Assembly: GCA_964579675.1 (NCBI GenBank)
Contig: CAZOIA010000038.1
Span: 1-35,109 of the forward strand
DNA from: an uncultured Planctomycetales bacterium
GTDB lineage: Bacteria > Planctomycetota > Phycisphaerae > UBA1845 > PWPN01
Reading direction: 5' to 3'
DNA: 35,109 nt
Below, one piece after another: positions 9,647 through 17,875 of the stretch. Position 1 is the stretch's first letter. The number at the start of each line of letters is the position of its first letter. The notes below the pieces were generated by a model, which was not told where the DNA came from, did not search any database, and saw only the letters and a program-made list of their open reading frames with translations. Position numbers and translations under genes: made by a program.

Positions 9647-11482
9647 TTACGAGCAGGAGGCGATCCACCCGGCGATCATGGAGATGACCGCCAGCGATCC
9701 CCCGGCCCACTTCAGGAGGCGGACCGCGCCCGCAGCCTCCTGTTTCCGATGCTGGTAGACCGAAGCCAGCAGAGCGACGGACAGACCACACAGCATGGTG
9801 TAGAAATAAGCGGGTGCGATGGTAGTTGATCCGCCCAGGAGCCGCAAGCTCCAGACGCCCATGACCGCGCACATCACCGCCACCGCGACAAACGTTCGCG
9901 GACCGGGAAGAACCGCCGCCAGAAGGTAGACCCCGGTGAGGCAACCGAAGGTCGCCGCCGGCACCCATTGGGGCATCGTCAGTTGCTCAGTCAGGGAGAC
10001 CCCCGCGATGGCCGCCAGGGGGGCGACGAAGACGCCGGTCAGATAGGTCGGCTCCCAGAATGGCCGCCAGTTCGCCGACCGGCTAGAGAGTCCCGCCAGA
10101 GGCAACATCAATCCCGCGACTACCGCCATGACGATCGGCCAGTACAGCCGCCATCCTTCCCCGAAGACTGAATGCGATGATCGCACCAGCGAGAATACGA
10201 CCGTGGATGCCACGGTGAGCAGCACGAGCCAGGCCTGGGTCGCCCTGCCCGTCCGTCGGGCGGCGAAGGTCAAGGCCAACACGAGCAGGCCGTTGGCGGA
10301 CAGCCCCCGGACCCACCGATCCGGCGTGTTGTCGGGATCGAGCGCGAGGGGGCGTTTCGGCCAGAGGGACAGATGAAGGGAGACGAGCACGGCCGTTGCC
10401 CCGACCAGGTATCCGACCCGCTGGGTGGTGTGAATCATCCGGCCCGCGGTGGTCCACGGTTGGCCCTGATCGAGTTGTTGCCTCCACACCCCCGCCAGCC
10501 AGTACCAGAACCCGGTCATGATCGCAAGCCCGACCAGCACCCGGTTAAACACCTCCGCGTACTTCTCGGCGGTCCACCAGCGCGGTGCGGGAAAGCCGAT
10601 CATGACCAGCGACACGACGCCAAGGGTGATTAAGGCCAGGCCCGCGTCGGCCAGGTTCTCGTTCCAACGTCTGGCGGCCAGGGCCAACATTGCCCCTCCG
10701 GCGAGAAACGCGGCGACGCTGGTCCAGGGGAGAATGACGTAGACGCAACCGAGCATTAACACGATAACGGCCATCAGGCCCGCACTGTAACTGAACCCCG
10801 GCCAGTCCAACTGCGGCTCGGTCAGTATCGAGAGGGCGTCCGGCCACGCCTGCCGACGACGCTGCCGGTGAATGATACCGCCCGCGATCGCAAAGACCGC
10901 GATCACCGCCGCACTACTCACCATGAACAGGCTGGCCCACCTCGTGGCAACCGCGCGCTCCACACCGGCCTCGGACTGCACGCGGAAAGCGGGGATTTGA
11001 AATGCCGCCCATAAACCGGCGAAGATGAGGGCCCAGAACAGGGCGGTAATCAGCTCGTGGTTTCGGATTTGCCGCCGCACCACGAGGATCGCGCAGGCAA
11101 CCGCTCCGAGGTCGAGGAGCCCGCTGGGCCAGACATTCAGTTTCGGGGTCGCCTCGTAACACGACAAGAGGGTGCGAAAGAGACCCTCGGTCACCGCCGC
11201 GTACAGCATGACGATCACCGCCAGGAGCCCGGTGGCCATCGCCCCGATTCGAAGCACGGCCAGCAGGTCCCTGCCCTTGATCCGGGCGGCAAACCCCGGA
11301 CGGTACCGACCAAGCAGATAACCCGCCACCGCCCACCCGAGACAGAGGGCCGAGGATGCGTGCACCAAAAGCGACAAACCTCGTTCCACCGGCCACTCGA
11401 GGTTCCAACAGATCGTCATCACCCCGAGCGAGACCGCCGCAACGAACATGGAGAACGTCAGACCAACCGGGATGCGACCCAT
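9647..11482 (-). CDS. polytopic integral membrane protein, at least 14 predicted TM helices, W/R-rich, no confident family
   Basis: The ORF is continuous to a TTG at 11698, but GC3 only rises after the ATG at 11482 (MGRIPVGLTF...), so that ATG is the preferred start. The product is strongly hydrophobic with the periodicity typical of membrane helices. The stop lies 48 nt upstream of the WYL regulator gene on the same strand. Confidence 0.55.
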   Translation of the reverse strand: MGRIPVGLTFSMFVAAVSLGVMTICWNLEWPVERGLSLLVHASSALCLGWAVAGYLLGRYRPGFAARIKGRDLLAVLRIGAMATGLLAVIVMLYAAVTEGLFRTLLSCYEATPKLNVWPSGLLDLGAVACAILVVRRQIRNHELITALFWALIFAGLWAAFQIPAFRVQSEAGVERAVATRWASLFMVSSAAVIAVFAIAGGIIHRQRRRQAWPDALSILTEPQLDWPGFSYSAGLMAVIVLMLGCVYVILPWTSVAAFLAGGAMLALAARRWNENLADAGLALITLGVVSLVMIGFPAPRWWTAEKYAEVFNRVLVGLAIMTGFWYWLAGVWRQQLDQGQPWTTAGRMIHTTQRVGYLVGATAVLVSLHLSLWPKRPLALDPDNTPDRWVRGLSANGLLVLALTFAARRTGRATQAWLVLLTVASTVVFSLVRSSHSVFGEGWRLYWPIVMAVVAGLMLPLAGLSSRSANWRPFWEPTYLTGVFVAPLAAIAGVSLTEQLTMPQWVPAATFGCLTGVYLLAAVLPGPRTFVAVAVMCAVMGVWSLRLLGGSTTIAPAYFYTMLCGLSVALLASVYQHRKQEAAGAVRLLKWAGGSLAVISMIAGWIASCS

Positions 11483-11650
11483 CGCCACGTCGTGCACTCC
11501 GCTTGCCGCTACCGCACCGACTGCCACTAGGGTAGCGACCTCGACGCTACGGTCAACGAGGGGGCCCGATGAGAGCACGGAAGTCGGGACGGAAGCACCA
11601 TCCGAACAGGCAAAGCAATGGTGGTTGCTGCGATATCGTTTCGACGTGAG

Positions 11651-11702
11651 TGCAGACAGTTGACAGATCCTGCGCTGCGATCGTCTGCAATCGGGCAATC
11701 GC
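11651..11702. promoter_or_regulatory. candidate operator: inverted repeat TGCAGAC-N25-GTCTGCA followed by direct repeat GCAATCG-G-GCAATCG, upstream of the membrane-protein/WYL/dtd array
   Basis: The repeats are seen directly in the sequence about 170-215 nt upstream of the 11482 ATG, in a stretch whose codon usage looks non-coding. Confidence 0.2.
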
Positions 11703-11736
11703 CGAGAGAGTTGCTGGCCGATCGTGATTCTCGTGG

Positions 11737-13011
11737 TCAGCCCGGATGCAACCGCTGTCCACCGACGTAGACCGCTGAGGGCTCCGCATTGCCTGACAGC
11801 AGGTCCGCAAGCGGATCACGAGCTTTGGTATCAGTGAGCGGCACGGCAACCAGGTCCGCTCGTTTGCCGACCTCCAAGGACCCGGTCTCAGCATCGAGCC
11901 CGAGCGCCCGGGCACCCGCAATCGTCCCCATCGCGAGGAGGCATTGGCCGCTGATCTGCTGATCCTGCAATCGGAGGAACCGCAGCTCGTCCAGCACCGA
12001 GAGCGAATCGTTGCTCGCGAGCGAGTCGGTGCCGACGCAGACGTTGATGTCGCGGTCCAGCATGTCTCGATAGCGGTGCGGCTCGTGCCCGAAGAAGCGG
12101 TGCGATCGCGGGCAGTAGACTACCGTGCTCTTGCCGCGGGCGAGGATATCGAGATCGCTGTCCGTAGCGTAGTTCACGTGGGCGAGCATCGACCCGCACG
12201 CCAGGAGCCCGAGTTGGCGCGCGTACTCGACCGGGGAGCAGCCCGGCGGGCTGAACGATCCGTCCCACAGGCCCAGGCGCTCCAGGAACTCACGGAAGGG
12301 ACCTGTCCCGTCCGAAAGGAAACGCAACTCGTCCCGGGTCTCGCCCAGGTGCGTGCAGATGGGCCGATGCGTCCGGGTCGCGAACTCGATCGCCTCGCGG
12401 TAAACCAGAGGGCCGGTGCTGTAGGGGGCGTGCGGCGAGATCCCGAGTCGACGCAGAGACCCGCAGGCTTCAGTTGCCGGGGGACCCTGACCCATCGCAT
12501 CGGCTTGCTGACACAGGGATGTTACCCGGGCGACGGACCGGTCGTGTTCGCTCATCCGTTTGGGCCCGATCCCGAGCACTTCGAGGAGGCCGACCACGTT
12601 CAGGGCGGTGCCGTGCCACTCCTCGACCGCCCGCCGGCCGCTGCCAATATCCGCCACCGTGGTCACACCCGCCGCCAGCGATTGGCGGAGGCCGCCTCTA
12701 ATCGAGCGTCGCAGCGCCCGGCCGGTGCCGGCATCCTCGTGCTGATACAGCGAGGTCAGACGTTCGATCCATCCGACGAACGAGCCCGTGAACGGCATGC
12801 GTCCCCGGCACAGGCTGAGTTCGAGATGGGTGTGTGGATTCACGAATCCGGGCAGGAGGGTGACATCTCCGAGGTCGGTGGCCGCCGACCTCGGGCCGGT
12901 CGCCGTCTCGACGGTCGCGATCCGTCCGTTTTCGACGGCGACTCGCCCGTTCTCGATCGGCGGGGAAGAGACCGGCAGCACCCATCGGGCTTTGAGCACC
13001 GCTCGCGACAT
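11737..13011 (-). CDS. amidohydrolase-superfamily protein (MtaD/chlorohydrolase/nucleoside-deaminase-like)
   Basis: ATG at 13011-13009. The N-terminal beta-sandwich reads AVLKARWVLPVSSPPIENGRVAVENGRIATV. The metal-binding motif reads LPGFVNPHTHLE. HxH and downstream His/Asp residues are spaced as in subtype-III amidohydrolases. Confidence 0.8.
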   Translation of the reverse strand: MSRAVLKARWVLPVSSPPIENGRVAVENGRIATVETATGPRSAATDLGDVTLLPGFVNPHTHLELSLCRGRMPFTGSFVGWIERLTSLYQHEDAGTGRALRRSIRGGLRQSLAAGVTTVADIGSGRRAVEEWHGTALNVVGLLEVLGIGPKRMSEHDRSVARVTSLCQQADAMGQGPPATEACGSLRRLGISPHAPYSTGPLVYREAIEFATRTHRPICTHLGETRDELRFLSDGTGPFREFLERLGLWDGSFSPPGCSPVEYARQLGLLACGSMLAHVNYATDSDLDILARGKSTVVYCPRSHRFFGHEPHRYRDMLDRDINVCVGTDSLASNDSLSVLDELRFLRLQDQQISGQCLLAMGTIAGARALGLDAETGSLEVGKRADLVAVPLTDTKARDPLADLLSGNAEPSAVYVGGQRLHPG

Positions 13012-13192
13012 GCCGACACACTATAGAAGCTCGCCCGGGGCTGGCAACGGCGGTCCGAGCTGCGAGCAAAAAGGAATCAAGAGGGCAAGGGACACGACCG
13101 ATCACTGTAACCGGACTTGGCTCGGTTTGCGAAGGTTGCCATGGAGCCTGATCGTTATCGGCCCGGTTGGCGAAAGGAATGGAAGTGCTCTC

Positions 13193-15298
13193 ATGACCGG
13201 ATTACCAGACGCACGACAGGACAGCGTGAACAGGGAAAGCGCTCCGGTGCTCATGGCGCTCATCGTCGGTTGCGTGCTGAGTGTTGCGATCGGTTTCTGT
13301 GATATCGCGCTCGGCACTTTGAGGTCCGAGCCCGGGGCATTCGAGTCGTTCTCGGGCATACTGCCGCCTTTGACGGCCACGATCGTCACGTGTCTTGTTG
13401 TCTATATGGTTTCGTGGTTCGTGGCCACTTTCGTCTTGAGGCGGGTCGTCAAGTTCACCGAGGTGCCGCTGGCGCTGTCCCTTGCCGCCTTTTGGACGGT
13501 CGTGTTTGTTACCGTCACCATCAGCGATCTGACGAACGGACCTCATGACGTGCCCGAACAATGGACCCAAGCGCGGGTGCTGATCTGCTTCTGCCTGTCC
13601 GCGTTGTTCGCCGGGGCGTGTTATCGGCTTGTTCCCACCTCGGTCGATGCCTTCAGATGCAAGCGGGTCGCCGGGGTTGCCGGTTCAATGGTGGTGTCCG
13701 TGCTCGCCCTGTTGGTGATATACGTCTGGCAGCAGACGTACCGGCCCCTGACCGGGGCCGGCAATGTGATGCTGCTGGCCGGGTTCGTGCTGGCGGCCCT
13801 GCTCGTGGTCTGGGTCGTGATGCGCGTGGGCCACCGCGTTCACCCCGGCGGCTTCCTGGGCCTGCTCGTGGTGCTTGTCGTTCTGGGCCCGCTGGTGTGG
13901 TGGGTGCCTCCGAACAAGGCCAAGGCCTCGCTGGAGAAACCTAGTCAAGCGAGCCGTTCGGTCAAACACGTCATCCTGCTCACCGTGGATACGCTTCGTG
14001 CCGACGCCCTCTCATGCTACAACAAAAACTCTGCGCCGACGCCGAGTTTCGATCGCATCGCCCGGGATTCAGTCATCTTCACCCAGGCGATCTCACCTGC
14101 CCCCTGGACCCTGCCCTCTTTCGCCTCGATGATGACGGGCTTGAACCAGTCGATTCACCGGGCATCCAAGTTTGCACCTCAGGTGCCGGAAGTCCTACCG
14201 ACCCTGGCCGAGCACCTGCGCGACCGGGGCTACCTGACCGGTGGGATCGGGCTCAATCGCTGGCTTACCTCGCCGACCAATATGGGCAAGGGTTTCGATG
14301 ACTATCGGTTCTACCCTCCGCCCTCACAGGGCTCGACGTTGGGGGGCAAGATCCTTCAAGTAGCGAGCCCCTCCACGTTCAAGCGGTCACCCTCATCGCT
14401 GGAGCTCACCGGAAAGTTCTGTCGCTGGCTGGAGGAGAACGCCGAGACGGACTTCTTCTTCTGGATGCACTACCTGGATCCGCACTCGCCCTATACTCCC
14501 CCGGAGGAGTATCTGCCCGAAACGGAACCGGCACCGGGCATCGGAAAGGAATACCGCGACACCAACGACGCAAGGGGTGGATTCCTGGTCTCCTCGGCCG
14601 ATGAACGAAAATGGATCAAGGAGCTTTATCTAGCCGAGGTGCGCTACGTGGACGACTGCGTCGGCACGGTTCTCGGCACGCTGGATCGGCTCGGCATATA
14701 CGACGACGCCATCCTCGTGCTGGCAGCCGACCATGGTGAGGAATTCTGGGAGCACGACGGCGTCGATCACGGGAGCACGTTGTACGACGAGTCGATCCAT
14801 GTGCCGCTCATGATCAAGCTCCCCCGGGGCAACTCCACCGTGAGGCGGGTGACGGAGCGGGTTTCCACCACCAGCCTCATGCCCACGATACTGGACCTTT
14901 GCGGCATCGACTATCAAGCGGAGTACCTCTCGGTCGGCTCGCTCGCGCCGCTCTTGGGCCCGAACCCCCAGGCCTTCGAGGCCGCCCCCATTGTCAGTGG
15001 GGCCACGCTGTTCTTCGACGATCGGCAGGCGGTCAGCACAGACGGGATGAAGTACATCCGCTCTTCCATCACCGACCGCGAGGAGCTTTACGATCTCCAA
15101 CGCGATCCGGAGGAGCAGAACTCCATTGCCGCTTCGTCTCCCGACAGGCTCGAAAAGATGAGGGCCCTTGCCCAGAAGCTGGATAAGGCCGACGACGAAC
15201 TGAGAAGTCACTTCGAAACGCTCGGAATGGACACAAGCGAAACGGAGCCCTCCGCGGAAATGCTGCGAGACCTCAGATCATTGGGCTACGTTCGCTAG
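13193..15298 (+). CDS. membrane-anchored alkaline-phosphatase-superfamily (sulfatase-like) hydrolase/transferase, LtaS/EptA-like
   Basis: ATG at 13193 has a GGAAG RBS 8 nt upstream. The 418 nt of the ORF track upstream of it overlap the convergent... rather, the divergently transcribed amidohydrolase gene and are rejected. The N-terminus carries about 6 TM helices. The C-terminal sulfatase-fold domain carries VILLTVDTLRADAL. At the position of the sulfatase CxPxR motif the sequence reads TLPSF, so the nucleophile position is Thr and the Arg is Phe. Confidence 0.75.
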   Translation: MTGLPDARQDSVNRESAPVLMALIVGCVLSVAIGFCDIALGTLRSEPGAFESFSGILPPLTATIVTCLVVYMVSWFVATFVLRRVVKFTEVPLALSLAAFWTVVFVTVTISDLTNGPHDVPEQWTQARVLICFCLSALFAGACYRLVPTSVDAFRCKRVAGVAGSMVVSVLALLVIYVWQQTYRPLTGAGNVMLLAGFVLAALLVVWVVMRVGHRVHPGGFLGLLVVLVVLGPLVWWVPPNKAKASLEKPSQASRSVKHVILLTVDTLRADALSCYNKNSAPTPSFDRIARDSVIFTQAISPAPWTLPSFASMMTGLNQSIHRASKFAPQVPEVLPTLAEHLRDRGYLTGGIGLNRWLTSPTNMGKGFDDYRFYPPPSQGSTLGGKILQVASPSTFKRSPSSLELTGKFCRWLEENAETDFFFWMHYLDPHSPYTPPEEYLPETEPAPGIGKEYRDTNDARGGFLVSSADERKWIKELYLAEVRYVDDCVGTVLGTLDRLGIYDDAILVLAADHGEEFWEHDGVDHGSTLYDESIHVPLMIKLPRGNSTVRRVTERVSTTSLMPTILDLCGIDYQAEYLSVGSLAPLLGPNPQAFEAAPIVSGATLFFDDRQAVSTDGMKYIRSSITDREELYDLQRDPEEQNSIAASSPDRLEKMRALAQKLDKADDELRSHFETLGMDTSETEPSAEMLRDLRSLGYVR

Positions 15299-15361
15299 CC
15301 GGCCGCAATGACCGATTGAATGCCCCGTCGTTCCGCGAGAGGCGAAGCAGCGTGGGCCGAC

Positions 15362-16318
15362 TCATGCCCGGGTCAACGTGAACTCGGTTATCTCCGGGCG
15401 GGCGTTGAAGCGGACGCGCCTCAGCCAGCCGATGCCCCGGTTCACGTAGAGGTTCTTGCTGGCGAGCCGGTAATGGCCGGCCACGAACTGCTTGTGCCGG
15501 ACCGGGAGGACAGGCGGGCCGAGCAGCGGGAGGTTGACCTGCCCGCCGTGGGTGTGTCCAGCCAGCGTCCAGGAGGCCGGCGTGTCGAGCAGGTCGAGGA
15601 AGCAATCCGGGTTGTGAGCCAGGGCGATACAAGGGGTCGAGGGGGGCACGGCGGCAAAGGCGGCGGCCGGGTCGTACCGGTCGCCCCAATAGTCGTCCAG
15701 CCCGACGATGTGGAGCGGGACGGGGCCTCGCCGGACGGCCACCGCCTCGTTGCGCAGCACGCGGACTCCCCGGCCGGTCAACGCCGTCGCGACCCGGTCC
15801 GCCCACGCCGCGAACCCCTGGCCCATCGAGCAGGCTCCCCAGTCGTGGTTTCCAAGGATGGCCAGCACGCCCTCGCCTGCCTGGAGGCGCGCCAACAGCC
15901 GGGCGGCCACCCCGGTCCATTCCGCCCGCCCGTGGTGCACCAGATCGCCGGTCACGACGACGAGATCCGGCCCCCGGTTGTTGACCACATCCACCCACTT
16001 GTTCAGGTATCCGATCGGAACGCCCGAGCCGAGGTGCAGGTCACTGATCTGGACGATCCGGAGGCCCGCGAGGTCGCCGGGGAGGTCGGGGATCGGCATG
16101 GTCCGGCAGACGAACTGAGGCCAAACCGGCTCGATCCGCCAGGCATATCCGGCAGCTCCGAGAGCGGAGAGTGTGCCGCCGGCGACCACGCCGCGGAGGA
16201 ACCGCCGCCGGGTAGTCCGAGAAGCAGGTCGGTCCTCGCGCCGCAGTGCGGGTGTGCCGGCTGGTTTGCCCACCGCGGCTGCCCGCCTAACGTCCGATGA
16301 ACCCGTCGCGGTTGGCAT
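15362..16318 (-). CDS. Tat-secreted calcineurin-like metallophosphoesterase
   Basis: ATG at 16318-16316 has a GAAGGA RBS. The twin-arginine signal reads TTRRRFLRGVVAGGTLSALGAAGYA. The MPE motifs read VQISDLHLG, VVTGDLVHHG, ILGNHD and GHTHGG. Confidence 0.7.
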   Translation of the reverse strand: MPTATGSSDVRRAAAVGKPAGTPALRREDRPASRTTRRRFLRGVVAGGTLSALGAAGYAWRIEPVWPQFVCRTMPIPDLPGDLAGLRIVQISDLHLGSGVPIGYLNKWVDVVNNRGPDLVVVTGDLVHHGRAEWTGVAARLLARLQAGEGVLAILGNHDWGACSMGQGFAAWADRVATALTGRGVRVLRNEAVAVRRGPVPLHIVGLDDYWGDRYDPAAAFAAVPPSTPCIALAHNPDCFLDLLDTPASWTLAGHTHGGQVNLPLLGPPVLPVRHKQFVAGHYRLASKNLYVNRGIGWLRRVRFNARPEITEFTLTRA

Positions 16319-16463
16319 GATCCGCGGTCCTTCGCCCGTATACCTGTCGGAAAACCGTCCCGGGCTGGCCATTGAGGGCCCGCCCGAACCTTCCCATCGG
16401 TAAGTACGTACGGCGCATATAGAAAGGACGATCAGTCTGCGGGGCAAAATACTTATTTTTGGG

Positions 16464-16492
16464 GAAATTTTGCTTGGTTCCCAGGGTGCGGA
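16464..16492 (+). promoter_or_regulatory. near-consensus sigma70-type promoter (TTGGTT-N17-TATAAT) inside an AT-rich divergent intergenic island
   Basis: TTGGTT lies at 16464-16469 and a perfect TATAAT at 16487-16492, separated by a 17-nt spacer. The surrounding island 16395-16510 is AT-rich in a ~65% GC genome. This promoter would give a ~170-nt leader before the GTG at 16671. Confidence 0.3.
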
Positions 16493-16670
16493 TCATTATA
16501 ATACGGCTGAATGGCGAAATCCCACCCCTGCCTACGTTGGAGGGAGTAGCCGCCGCGGTGGGTTCTCCCGGAGATCGAGAGGCGGCACTCACCATTCCCC
16601 GAGTGATACCAGAAGGCGAGTTGCCGCATCCCCACCCGGGAGCGGGCTGATTGCCTGAAGAGGTTGAACA

Positions 16671-17237
16671 GTGGAATTGGGTCAGACCTTACAACGTGTG
16701 GCGGATCTGAAATTCGCACTTTACCGCCGACCCCTTCACCCGGAGCTGTTCTGCATCCACCAGAGCCGGCACCTCGAGCGGCCGTCCTACCAGGCAGAGG
16801 TCTGGGTGATGGGTCTGTCCCACGTGGTCACGGTCCAATCGGCCGGCCGGTGTGTGACCGAGGTCACCACCGACGACGTCGAGGTGCTGCCCCAGAACGG
16901 GCTGGTGACCTCGTTCCAGTTCCGGGGCGAGCGCGACCATCTCGAGGATTTCGAGGACGGGATGCGGTACATCCTGTCCACCCAGGTCGAGCGGATGACC
17001 CGCAATCTGTTCCATGCTTCCCACCGGGATCTGCTCCGCTACGCCAGCAGCAGGGGGATGCTGGTCAAGTTTGCGGACTGGGCAGAGGTTGAGAACCTGA
17101 TCCCGTTTACTTTCATCGACTTTGAGGCTCGGGATCGGGAGCTGCACGTTCAGGCGTTCCATGCGTTCCCGGCCGATTACACCCTCTTGAAGACGCAGTC
17201 GATTGTCGAGGTCGGGACCAAGCCTCTGCGCGGGTGA
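16671..17237 (+). CDS. hypothetical protein (conserved-looking, no family assigned)
   Basis: GTG start with a GAAGAGG RBS 8 nt upstream. GC3 is high. The gene has the same orientation as leuD and lies directly upstream of it. The competing 345-aa antisense ORF 16689..17726 is rejected. Confidence 0.5.
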   Translation: MELGQTLQRVADLKFALYRRPLHPELFCIHQSRHLERPSYQAEVWVMGLSHVVTVQSAGRCVTEVTTDDVEVLPQNGLVTSFQFRGERDHLEDFEDGMRYILSTQVERMTRNLFHASHRDLLRYASSRGMLVKFADWAEVENLIPFTFIDFEARDRELHVQAFHAFPADYTLLKTQSIVEVGTKPLRG

Positions 17238-17276
17238 GCCTCGCCCACGACTTCCTTCTTTGACCCAGGACTGGCA

Positions 17277-17843
17277 ATGCAAGACATCATCCGAGGCAAG
17301 GCGTATGTTGTGGGTGACAACGTCGATACGGACCAGATCATTCCCGCCCGGCACCTGACCCTTAACCCGGCCATTCCCCAGGAGCGCGAGCAATTCGGCC
17401 GGCATGCCCTGGCCGGCGTGCCGGACGCCCAGGCCGGTTTGCCACGAGGGGGCACCCCGTTCGTGGATCAGACCGACGAGTCGAACACCCGCAGTGACTA
17501 CGCCATCCTCATCGCCGGGAAGAACTTCGGGTGCGGCAGCTCGCGCGAGCATGCCCCGCTCGCCCTGGCCGAGGCCGGCGTCAAGGCCGTCGTGGCAGAA
17601 TTCTACGCTCGGATTTTCTTCCGCAACGCCATCAACGGAGGCTACCTGATCCCATTGGAGACGTCGGAGCAGCTCATTGGCAAGATCCGAACGGGCGACG
17701 AGATCGAGATCTACGTCAACCAGCACCGCCTGATCAACCGTGACTCCCGCAGTTCATGGGAACTCAGGCCGCTGGGTGACGTAGCCCCGATTATCGAAGC
17801 GGGCGGCGTATTCGAATACGCCAGGCAGACCGGGATGCTGTAA
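17277..17843 (+). CDS. leuD: 3-isopropylmalate dehydratase small subunit (LeuD-type, short form)
   Basis: Diagnostic segments are KAYVVGDNVDTDQIIPARHL, GKNFGCGSSREHAPLALAEAGVKAVVAEFYARIFFRNAINGG and GDEIEIYV. The 188-aa length fits the short LeuD/HACN small-subunit type. Confidence 0.8.
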   Translation: MQDIIRGKAYVVGDNVDTDQIIPARHLTLNPAIPQEREQFGRHALAGVPDAQAGLPRGGTPFVDQTDESNTRSDYAILIAGKNFGCGSSREHAPLALAEAGVKAVVAEFYARIFFRNAINGGYLIPLETSEQLIGKIRTGDEIEIYVNQHRLINRDSRSSWELRPLGDVAPIIEAGGVFEYARQTGML

Positions 17844-17875
17844 CGGCAACGGCCTCTGTCGACCCATCGGACGGA

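Noticed and set aside
8618-9829. 403-aa plus-strand ORF
   Set aside because: It is antisense to the WYL regulator, which has clear wHTH/WYL/WCX domain signatures. The translation is R/G/D-rich.
11944-13026. 360-aa plus-strand ORF
   Set aside because: It is antisense to the amidohydrolase gene, which carries the PHTH metal-binding motif. The translation is R/A/G-rich.
12788-13192. N-terminal 135-aa extension of the 12788..15298 ORF
   Set aside because: It overlaps the amidohydrolase gene on the opposite strand, and its translation is R/S/P-rich. The ATG at 13193 with a GGAAG RBS begins the hydrophobic TM domain.
15273-16300. ORFs 15273..15998 (-) and 15320..16300 (+) overlapping the metallophosphoesterase gene
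   Set aside because: These are alternate and antisense frames with G/R/P-rich translations. The 15362..16318 frame carries the MPE motifs GDLVHHG, GNHD and GHTHGG.
16689-17726. 345-aa minus-strand ORF
   Set aside because: It is antisense across two co-oriented plus-strand genes, including leuD, which has diagnostic motifs.
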